This document shows, piece by piece, positions 31,485 to 39,013 of a stretch of 39,013 nucleotides of DNA. The notes beneath the pieces are model-generated. The model made no database searches. It was not told the DNA's origin and worked only from the letters and a program-made list of their open reading frames with translations. The position numbers and the translations under genes were made by a program. Source of the stretch: Minisyncoccota bacterium (lineage in GTDB: Bacteria; Patescibacteriota; Minisyncoccia; Phycocordibacterales; UBA9973); contig JAOAUE010000032.1 in assembly GCA_030157745.1 (NCBI GenBank), forward strand, positions 1 to 39,013. The letters are read 5' to 3'. Each line of letters begins with the position of its first letter. Position 1 is the stretch's first letter.

Positions 31485-32494
31485 TATCTTATACCCATTT
31501 GCCTCTGAGCCCTTCTAATAACAGATCTGTTATATCTCCTGAGCATAGTTCTAAGGATGAAGTAAACAGGTATAGCCAAGACTATAACAACCAATATCAG
31601 CTCCCAAGGAAAAACTACAAAATAAACGGCATGACTTTTTGCTACCTGATTTGTAACACCAAAGTTAGCTACTACTTTTGCTCGAAAAATACCTAGCGCA
31701 AAATTATGCCACTCGTCACTTACTGATTTTTTAAATGAATATGATTCATTTCTAGAATTTTCTTGATCTCTGGTTTCTACAGAGTCTCTCTTGCTCCACT
31801 CTGGTGAGAACTTTCGAGTTGTTCCAGGGAGAACGTTACCATCGTATGGATTTGCATTTATTCTTTTTGCAACCCATCCAAATATACTGCGTATAACAAT
31901 ATCTCCTTTTGGTTTTACTCTATCGCTTCCTTGGTTTGAAAATCTATATTGGAAACCGACAGGCAGCGTTTTATAAAAATGCTTGTTGTTATGTAGTTGA
32001 AAATCTACAAGCCCCGCCTGCTCTTTTACATCACCGTTAACAGAAAGAAGCACTAAAAGACCAGTCTTTGTACCGATAGAAACTTGCCCCGGTGAACCTC
32101 CCCTTGGAGAAGTACCCCAAAAAATAGCAGCAAAATGACCTCCTGGCTCTGCATCTTTAGGAATCTTTATACTAAAAGAAATCTCTTTTTGTGCCCCTGG
32201 AGCCAATGTCACTGATGCTTGTTCTGTTGTCATCCATGTACCCAATCCTTCCTTAGCGTCAACAAAAGAAGGACTTCCTGTGTCTCCTTGTGCTTCAAAG
32301 TTCGCAAAAGAAGCGTAGAATGTTTGAGTTTTATTTGATTCATTTACGAGACCCATCTTTTCTGTCAGGGTTTGTCCAGGATTTCCTGAGATCTCGTATC
32401 GAATAGGAGTAATGGTAAGAGCATATGCCTTAGTAGCAAATAGCACAATAGCTAAGGCCGATATAGAAATCGTTAAAAATATTTTTCTTACCAT
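31484..32494 (-). CDS. cell-surface protein, DUF916/CscA-like (signal peptide, beta domains, C-terminal TM anchor)
   Basis: 336 aa. Architecture and motifs (ITPIRYEISGNPGQTLTEKMGLVNESNKTQTF; PGGHFAAIFWG) resemble the DUF916 proteins of Gram-positive WxL loci. Family assignment is from memory of the pattern, not from a search. Confidence 0.55.
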   Translation of the reverse strand: MVRKIFLTISISALAIVLFATKAYALTITPIRYEISGNPGQTLTEKMGLVNESNKTQTFYASFANFEAQGDTGSPSFVDAKEGLGTWMTTEQASVTLAPGAQKEISFSIKIPKDAEPGGHFAAIFWGTSPRGGSPGQVSIGTKTGLLVLLSVNGDVKEQAGLVDFQLHNNKHFYKTLPVGFQYRFSNQGSDRVKPKGDIVIRSIFGWVAKRINANPYDGNVLPGTTRKFSPEWSKRDSVETRDQENSRNESYSFKKSVSDEWHNFALGIFRAKVVANFGVTNQVAKSHAVYFVVFPWELILVVIVLAIPVYFILRTMLRRYNRSVIRRAQRQMGIR

Positions 32495-32522
32495 AAACTC
32501 TCTTTTTTAAATTAATGAATTT

Positions 32523-33599
32523 TTAGAAGTTTCCAGTTGCAACATAATCAAGTGTTGTAACATATGTACCTGCAGCTTGCGCAGAAGAAGTGTTTGCTAA
32601 ATATTCCATAGCTATACTAGAGGAAGATGTAGCAGAAGAAGCTGAAGCGATAGTTGTTACAGTAGAAGCTACAAAGTCCCAGTTTGGAGTAGTAGCATCA
32701 TAATCAGCACTCATTGCACCGCCTCCTGTCTCTGTACCAGCTAAGGCAAACTGACTTGTCCCTGCTGTACCATCAGCATCCGCGTTTATGTCTGCGCCTG
32801 GAATAGTGTTAGCCCCAGATGTCAAAGTCGCTCCATTATATGTAAGTGAATACCCTGTTGGGGCGTTAGTTCCAATCACTAGAGTATGCGCTGTTGTTCT
32901 TGTTCCAGAACCTGTTGCACCAGCATTAGCATATTTTACAGAGCCAGAACTAAGAGTTCCAAAACCTATAGCATTGTCATCATTTGAGAAGGTAAGTGTA
33001 GGAGAAACAGTAGCAGTTATAGTAACAGTAGCATTTGTCTCTGCCACTACAGCACCTGTAGCACTATCTGTTGTTTCAGTTATAGAAAAAGTTGATGATT
33101 CAACATCTGTTGACTTATTGGTCATTGTACCTGTCCCTGTTGTAGTTGTTCCATTTACTGTAAATGTAACAGTTGGCGCAGCACCTGAAGGTGTCCAAGA
33201 AGAACATGGAGTGATAGTAAATGTTACGTTTGTAACATCTATTGTTACTGTATAGTTGTTAGCACCAGCAGAACAAGAAGGTGCAGCTCCGACAGCCACA
33301 GGGTTACCTCTGTTTGTACCATCATTTAGAGTAAAGTCTGTTGTTTGCCAGTTACCTATAGCGTTAAGTGTAAAATCAGCGTTTACAAAGTCGTAAGCTA
33401 CAGTATCACCGTTAGCTAGAGTGTTAGCTCCAACAAGAGTAGCTGTAATCGTGTGTGTAGCTGTAGTGTTTACAGTAACAGTTGACAGTGTATCTCTAAC
33501 ACTTGTCATCTGAGCGGCTGTAGCTATAAATGGGTTATACGCAAGTGTTCCAAAAACAAAAGCTAAAATTGAAATGGAACTAATAATTTTCTTTAACAT
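32523..33599 (-). CDS. secreted Thr/Ala-rich beta protein, WxL-like (or SCPU-like) C-terminal domain
   Basis: Signal peptide. C-terminal block IGFGTLSSG...AHTLVIGTNAPTGYSLTYNGATLTSG...DGTAGTSQFAL...NWDFV...GTYVTTLDYVATGNF. Paralogous to 33714..34721. Confidence 0.55.
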   Translation of the reverse strand: MLKKIISSISILAFVFGTLAYNPFIATAAQMTSVRDTLSTVTVNTTATHTITATLVGANTLANGDTVAYDFVNADFTLNAIGNWQTTDFTLNDGTNRGNPVAVGAAPSCSAGANNYTVTIDVTNVTFTITPCSSWTPSGAAPTVTFTVNGTTTTGTGTMTNKSTDVESSTFSITETTDSATGAVVAETNATVTITATVSPTLTFSNDDNAIGFGTLSSGSVKYANAGATGSGTRTTAHTLVIGTNAPTGYSLTYNGATLTSGANTIPGADINADADGTAGTSQFALAGTETGGGAMSADYDATTPNWDFVASTVTTIASASSATSSSSIAMEYLANTSSAQAAGTYVTTLDYVATGNF

Positions 33600-33713
33600 A
33601 ATTTAAATTTAATTTTATTTATAATAATTTTAAGCACTTACCTAGTACTTACTTATAGTATATCAATATCCAAAGCCTTAATCAATAAAAAAGCCTGAGT
33701 TATCCACAGTTTT

Positions 33714-34721
33714 TTAGAAATTACCCGTTATTACATAAGTAACACTGGTGCTATAAGCCCCAGCTGGAGTTGTAGAGGAAATGTTTGACAAATACCTGTT
33801 ACTAAATGTCTCTGTTGTTGTTACCCCACTAGTATTTGCTATTGTTTCAACGGTACTATCTACAAATTTCCAATTGCCTGACCCACTCGCTTGATTATAG
33901 GCTGAGGTGATACTTGCACTACCAGAAGATGATAAAGACAAGGCAAACTGACTTGATCCAGGCGTACCATCAGCGTCATTTGTTATTGTTGCTGGAGTTA
34001 TATTATTTGATCCGCTGGTGAGTGTTGGACCGAAGTAGGTTATTGTATAACCACTTCCTGCATTACTTGAAGCGCTCATGGTATGAGCTACTGAGTTTGT
34101 ACCACTTCCTCCTGTTGTTGTGGCATATCTTGGACCACTAGCAGAAAGTGTTCCAAAATCTATAGCGTTAGCAGAGATAGAGAAAGTCAACACTGCTTGG
34201 ATAGTTATACACTCTTCTTGTGAGGTAGCTATAACATTACTAAAAGCATCCAAGGTTTGTAAAATAAAACAATACCCTCCAGGAGTTAGTCCTGTGTATG
34301 AATAACTAGTAATGAGACCATGTGTTGTATAGCTATAAGACCCGCCGGTAGGTTTGATACCTGTTTTATAACCTGAGACACTCCAACCAAGACCAGCGGT
34401 AGAAGCTCCCCAAGATAGATCTGCTTGGGAGCCATTTGGAGTAGCAGTGAAAGCTCCCTGAGTTACATAAGGATACCAAAGAAACCCATATCTTCCTTCA
34501 AAACTAGCCGAGGTAGATCTACCAATAGTCGTCATGTCTCCTGAACCGAAGGCTTGAAAGCTAGCAGAAGAACCATAGGATCCACCTGTTCCAATAAGTG
34601 GATCACGAATAATAAAACTTGTACTTGTCATATCTCCAGCATAAACAAAAGGAGTAATGAAAAAAGAGGCTAAAAAAAATATAGCAAAAGTTTTTTGAAT
34701 TAAAGCAAACGCTTTAGACAT
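33714..34721 (-). CDS. secreted beta protein, paralog of 32523..33599 (WxL-like C-terminal domain)
   Basis: Signal peptide. IDFGTLSASG...AHTMSASSNAGSGYTITYFGPTLTSG...DGTPGSSQFAL...NWKFV...GAYSTSVTYVITGNF. Confidence 0.55.
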   Translation of the reverse strand: MSKAFALIQKTFAIFFLASFFITPFVYAGDMTSTSFIIRDPLIGTGGSYGSSASFQAFGSGDMTTIGRSTSASFEGRYGFLWYPYVTQGAFTATPNGSQADLSWGASTAGLGWSVSGYKTGIKPTGGSYSYTTHGLITSYSYTGLTPGGYCFILQTLDAFSNVIATSQEECITIQAVLTFSISANAIDFGTLSASGPRYATTTGGSGTNSVAHTMSASSNAGSGYTITYFGPTLTSGSNNITPATITNDADGTPGSSQFALSLSSSGSASITSAYNQASGSGNWKFVDSTVETIANTSGVTTTETFSNRYLSNISSTTPAGAYSTSVTYVITGNF

Positions 34722-34762
34722 AAATATATAATAACATAAGAACTAGTCTTGAATATTGGTCT

Positions 34763-35146
34763 TTAGTTACCTACGCCAGTAGTAGTGTTCCCAGTATCAG
34801 TATTGAAAGGAGCAATGGCAATGATTTTGTCTATACTTGGACGATAAAGTACAGCCTTGCCTGCTTGTGTAAATATAAGCACCTTGTCCCCTTTTTGAGA
34901 CTCAGAAAAAAATGCTTGATCTTTTAATTTATCAGGATCAGAAACTGTGGCAACAGTAGGAGTTTCATTTGTTGAGACTAGGTAAAGTCTTGATACTTTA
35001 TTTAATAGCTCTTGAGATTCTTTTTTTACTGTATCAGGATTATTTTTTTTGATTTTTTGGAACTTATAATAGAAAAATCCACCTAAAGACAAGGCTACTA
35101 TCACGATTGCAAATAAAACTATATTTTTAAAATTTTTCTTAGTCAT
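34763..35146 (-). CDS. small membrane-anchored hypothetical protein
   Basis: Start set at ATG 35146 (MTKKNFKNIVLFAIVIVALSLGGFFYY, an N-terminal TM helix). The track start is 35188. Confidence 0.5.
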   Translation of the reverse strand: MTKKNFKNIVLFAIVIVALSLGGFFYYKFQKIKKNNPDTVKKESQELLNKVSRLYLVSTNETPTVATVSDPDKLKDQAFFSESQKGDKVLIFTQAGKAVLYRPSIDKIIAIAPFNTDTGNTTTGVGN

Positions 35147-35206
35147 AAAAACACAAATAAATATTAAGTCTTCAAGATTATACGGCAAATATTTTTTTTG
35201 AGCAAT

Positions 35207-38200
35207 TTAGAGCTTATTTTGTGGAGCAAAAACCTGAGAAATAAAATTGAAGATACTTAAGTTAATAGGATTATAAAGGGCAAAAAATCTTCTTTTTTGA
35301 AAAATGAACCCTATGTCACCACCTCCTCCTCCACCACCAGAGCCTCCGGTTGTAGGACAGTTACTATTGAATACTACAGTTGGAGCTGATGAGTAGCCAG
35401 AGCCTCCATTATCTACTGTAACACTTGTAACAACATCTCCTGTTAGAACTGCTGTTCCTAGCGCACCAGAACCTCCACCTCCACAAAATAGTACAGTTGG
35501 TATAGATGTATAGCCAGTACCGCCATAATTTATAGTAACGCTTTGAACAACGTTTGAAGAAACTACTGCTGTAGCTATTGCAAAGCTCGCTCCTCCACCA
35601 CCAGAGCCTCCGCTACTTCCTCCTGTACCTTGTCCGCTTGGAGAAGCAGAAGATTCTAGAGATTCTCCTCCTTTTTTAAATCCAGGAGCTATAAATGACC
35701 AACATATGCCATTGTTTCCATAATCATAAACAGTATTGCTTGCAGAGATTGTATTTCCCCCACTACAACCTGAGTCCTTAACTTTTATATATGACAATGA
35801 ACTAGTACCTGATAGTGTCATCAACCATTGAACTCCAGAACTGTCTGAGTTTAGAGATATTGGATTACCATCAGCGCCATTTAATGTAAGCGTGTTTGCA
35901 AAAGTATATGTATTGCCTGCTTTAAACTGTAAAGTTGAGCCAGCAGTATTGTTGGTCAAGTTATAAAAACTAGTATTAGAGCTACCTAAAATATTTGTTG
36001 TTAAAGCAGTATTTGTAGGAGCTATTGTTAGAGTACCATTACTATGAGTAAAAGTACCACTGTTACTAAAGTCGCCACTTAAAGTCATAGTTGTTGGCGC
36101 AACGAAGGTACCATCTGAAATGGCTAGATTTCCTCCAATTGTAGTGACCCCTGTTAAGGTCAAAGTACCAGCACCGATTTTGGTAAGTCCTCCTATAGAC
36201 CCCATTGTTCCTGCAATGCTTACACTATTTCCATTTGTATCAATAGTTGCATTAGAGATGAGAGTAAATGCTCGAGTAGAAGCTGAGGTGATAGTTCCAG
36301 TTGCTTGCAAAGTACCTCCTTTAAAAATAAATGTATTTGTTGAGGCCTCATTTCCTATTGAGTTAGTAGTGTTGGCGACAAGTGTTCCATTTATCAATGT
36401 TGTTGTTCCTGTATAAGTATTGTTTCCAGAAAGAGCAAGTGCACCAGCACCATCTTTGGTGATAGTTCCACTTGTTGTAGTTATTGCTCCACTGACTGCT
36501 ATATTACCATCCCCACCAAAAATAGTATTGAATGTGTTCCCAGAAATTGTAGGAATAGTCAGGGTGCCACTATCAGAGTTTATACGAACATTTGTTGTTC
36601 CAAGTGTAATGTTTGCTCCTATAGAATTGGTGCCACTGATATTTCTTATTGCGCCATTTCTACCTACTCCAGTACCGTTTACAGTGATGGCCTTGACACT
36701 CGGTATAGTAATACTATTTTCTAACTCTAGTGTTGCTCCTGCTAAAACAGTTGTAGTGTTTGCACTAGCCGCAGCCCCAAGAGCGTTACTATGGCCTAAA
36801 TTCAAATACCCCGCGTTTACAGCAATAGTGGCAGCGGTACCGTTGAAAGTATTGTTTCCTGAGAGAACTACTTTTCCTGCGGTGTTTTTTACAATAGCAG
36901 CTACAACTGCTCCTCCAAGGACAGCACTAACTGTTCCTTTTTCAAGAGTATATGTAGCTGTCGATGTAAGTGATGCGGTACCGTTACTATTTATAATAGA
37001 CCCATCTATCAATGTGACTGCTCCAATATTTGTTTCATTAAATGTAGCCAAATTAAGTGTTCCTCCTGCCACAGTTAGGGCTGGAGTAGAAAGCGCATCG
37101 TTTACTCCATAGTTGATTGTTCCTCCATTAATACGAACCAATCCGGTGGTAATACTTGCAGCATTGATGCTCAATGTTCCTGAATCCCATTTTGTTATCG
37201 TTGCTGATGTAGCAGTAGCACCATAGACTCCAGATATTGTTATCGGGCCAGTTCCTCCTATAGCTGTTGTTATTCCGTTTGCAGCAGTTATTGTTCCTCC
37301 AAAAGTAACAGTACCACTACCTGAATTTATAATTCGAGTGTTAGCTGCCACTGTCATAGCTCCAAAGTTATTGTTTGTAGAAGCAGAAAATGTCAAAGCA
37401 CCTCCGTTATTTAAACCAGTACCACTTAAGTTAAGTGTCTCATATGTTGATGCTCCACCCAAAGAAAACGTGCTTAGATCAAGGACGGCCCCCGAAGAAA
37501 CAGTCACACCTCCAGCGTTTGTTCCAAGTGGGGTGTTTGTAGCACCTCCACTTGCACCGAGCCTTAATATCCCTGTACTAACAGTAACCGCCCCTGTAAA
37601 AGAATTTTGACCGGAAAGTGTTAGGATACCAGAACCTTCTTTTATAATAGTACTGGAACCGGAACGAACACTATTTGTAGCCTGAGTAAAGTTTCCAACC
37701 GCTACTATTGTTAGAGCAAAGTTTCCTGAAATATTACCACTTACTGTCATCGTGCCAGACCCATGGTTTGCTACACGGGATGCGGCGCCCAAAGTAATAG
37801 CTCCACTATAAGAAACCGAACTATTAGAACTATTGATAAATGCCCCTATACTTGCAATACCTGTTCCGTTTAAAGAACCAATGGGCTCTGCAGTTGCTAA
37901 AGTAAAACCATTAAGATCAAAAACCGCACCGCTAGTGATGGTGATACCCCCTGCACTTGTTCCAAGCGGTGTATTTGATCCGCTACCAGCAGATCCGAGT
38001 TTTAAAGTACCTGCACTTATAGTGGTAAGACCTGTAAATGTACTTCCGCCACCATATATAGTCCAAACACCAAGTCCATTTTTTGTTAAGGTCCCACTGG
38101 TTGTATTTAGGTTGCTATAAAGACTACCGTTGCCAGCTCCACCAATAGTTAGACCAAAAGTAGCTCCTGTTATATTGCCTCCGTTGGTTATACTTATATC

Positions 38201-39013
38201 TCCGTAGTTAGCAATAATAGTACTAGCCGCACCAAGAGTGATAAGTCCAGTATAAGAAACAGCGGCACTAGATTGATTTTGTAGCGCCCCTGTTGCAACA
38301 GCTCCACTTAAAGTAAGCGCTTCAGCTGTGCCGAGAGTATAGCCATTTAAGTCTAATGCTGAAGATGCGCCGGAGATAGTAGTACCAGCACCAGTTGTAC
38401 CCAGTGGTGTATTTGTGACGCCACCAGTCGCTCCTAGACGAAGCGTACCAGCACTTACAGTGGTTAATCCTGTATAACTATTATCCCCAGCAAATATTAG
38501 TGTCCCTGTACCCGTGAGTTTTGTTACTGTAAAACCACCACTGATTACAGCTGTGATGACTGCATCATTGTCCATCAAGCCCTCTCCTATATTGAAATCT
38601 CTGTTGGCACCAAGAGCAAGATTTCCAGTTACAATTGAAGCAAAGTTTGCATTAGCAATAGTTGTAACAGTGCCTCCAAGAGTTAGAGTTCCAGCTCCAG
38701 TAGCCACAGTACCAGCATTTATAGAAAGTGCTCCGATAGTATCAGAGTTAGCATTTAAATTATAAGTCCCTCCTACTATAGTTACCCCACCACTTGAAAT
38801 AACATTGTTTGCTCCTGCAGTAAGAGTGGCACCGTTAATAAATGTTGTACTTGTGTATGCATTAGCGGCAATTAAAGTAACATTGCCTGTACCACTGAGA
38901 GTCAAAGACCCTGTTGTAGCAGTACCGATATTTGCAGAAATAGTCGAATTTGCTGTAGCCAAAATAGGTAACTCAAAAGTTGTAATGCCGAGTGTTGTAT
39001 TTGCTCCTGCAAT
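35207..39013 (-). CDS. giant surface adhesin with autotransporter-associated beta-strand (PATR-type) repeats, 5'-truncated by the window edge
   Basis: More than 1268 aa. Dozens of repeats of the type GTLTLSG.NT(Y/F)TG.TT(V/I).(A/T)GTL.LG. The frame stays open from 38962 to 39013 (…IAGANTTLGITTFELPI-LATANST…). The C-terminus has two GG(T/S)GY(T/S)S.PTV.F modules and Gly runs. Confidence 0.85.
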   Translation of the reverse strand: MAGANTTLGITTFELPILATANSTISANIGTATTGSLTLSGTGNVTLIAANAYTSTTFINGATLTAGANNVISSGGVTIVGGTYNLNANSDTIGALSINAGTVATGAGTLTLGGTVTTIANANFASIVTGNLALGANRDFNIGEGLMDNDAVITAVISGGFTVTKLTGTGTLIFAGDNSYTGLTTVSAGTLRLGATGGVTNTPLGTTGAGTTISGASSALDLNGYTLGTAEALTLSGAVATGALQNQSSAAVSYTGLITLGAASTIIANYGDISITNGGNITGATFGLTIGGAGNGSLYSNLNTTSGTLTKNGLGVWTIYGGGSTFTGLTTISAGTLKLGSAGSGSNTPLGTSAGGITITSGAVFDLNGFTLATAEPIGSLNGTGIASIGAFINSSNSSVSYSGAITLGAASRVANHGSGTMTVSGNISGNFALTIVAVGNFTQATNSVRSGSSTIIKEGSGILTLSGQNSFTGAVTVSTGILRLGASGGATNTPLGTNAGGVTVSSGAVLDLSTFSLGGASTYETLNLSGTGLNNGGALTFSASTNNNFGAMTVAANTRIINSGSGTVTFGGTITAANGITTAIGGTGPITISGVYGATATSATITKWDSGTLSINAASITTGLVRINGGTINYGVNDALSTPALTVAGGTLNLATFNETNIGAVTLIDGSIINSNGTASLTSTATYTLEKGTVSAVLGGAVVAAIVKNTAGKVVLSGNNTFNGTAATIAVNAGYLNLGHSNALGAAASANTTTVLAGATLELENSITIPSVKAITVNGTGVGRNGAIRNISGTNSIGANITLGTTNVRINSDSGTLTIPTISGNTFNTIFGGDGNIAVSGAITTTSGTITKDGAGALALSGNNTYTGTTTLINGTLVANTTNSIGNEASTNTFIFKGGTLQATGTITSASTRAFTLISNATIDTNGNSVSIAGTMGSIGGLTKIGAGTLTLTGVTTIGGNLAISDGTFVAPTTMTLSGDFSNSGTFTHSNGTLTIAPTNTALTTNILGSSNTSFYNLTNNTAGSTLQFKAGNTYTFANTLTLNGADGNPISLNSDSSGVQWLMTLSGTSSLSYIKVKDSGCSGGNTISASNTVYDYGNNGICWSFIAPGFKKGGESLESSASPSGQGTGGSSGGSGGGGASFAIATAVVSSNVVQSVTINYGGTGYTSIPTVLFCGGGGSGALGTAVLTGDVVTSVTVDNGGSGYSSAPTVVFNSNCPTTGGSGGGGGGGDIGFIFQKRRFFALYNPINLSIFNFISQVFAPQNKL

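Noticed and set aside
36120-38765. Plus-strand ORFs 36120.., 36420..37112, 37338.., 37833.. and 38514..
   Set aside because: They are Val/Pro/Ala-rich mirror translations of the Thr/Gly/Ala repeat gene on the minus strand.
1-39013. CRISPR arrays, rRNA genes, transposase-type IS elements
   Set aside because: No regularly spaced short direct repeats, no rRNA-like conserved strings and no DDE-type transposase ORFs were seen on either strand.

Overview
AT-rich bacterial window. The gene content and surface-protein repertoire look Patescibacteria/CPR-like; that assignment is inference only.

**1-17.2 kb, mostly housekeeping.** It holds a small carotenoid-type cluster (UbiA prenyltransferase, CrtI/CrtN-like desaturase, CrtB/CrtM-like synthase), uvrA, uvrB, tgt, mreC, mreB, proS, rpsB and tsf. 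Two copies of a 63-70 nt hairpin element interrupt it. One sits inside the 3' end of uvrA and one inside the 5' end of uvrB. Each is flanked by a relic copy plus a recoded functional copy of the gene end.

**17.3-26.2 kb, integrated island.** tRNA-Thr(UGU) at 17225-17300 is the attachment point of an ~8.9 kb island (17298-26231) that looks more GC-rich by eye. The island carries:
- a large serine recombinase;
- two complete diversity-generating retroelements (DGRs), each with a clear TR/VR pair showing adenine-specific mismatches; one target is a secreted DUF1566/C-type-lectin-like protein, the other has no signal peptide;
- a peptidoglycan-binding repeat protein;
- a ~0.5 kb ORF-free, highly structured GC-rich segment.

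The island is subdivided by two pairs of perfect inverted repeats, 126 bp around the recombinase gene and 186 bp around the DGR cargo. These meet the tRNA junction at one shared CTC/GAG core. That suggests recombinase-driven excision and possibly inversion. A degenerate tRNA-Thr fragment lies just outside the right end.

**26.3-39.0 kb, minus-strand cell-surface locus.** It contains two membrane-anchored SBP_bac_3 paralogs that share a 111-bp identical block, two cohesin-like anchored proteins, a dockerin protein, a DUF916/CscA-like protein, two WxL-like beta-rich secreted proteins, and a giant adhesin (more than 1268 aa, autotransporter-type beta-strand repeats) that runs off the window.

No rRNA genes or CRISPR arrays were seen.
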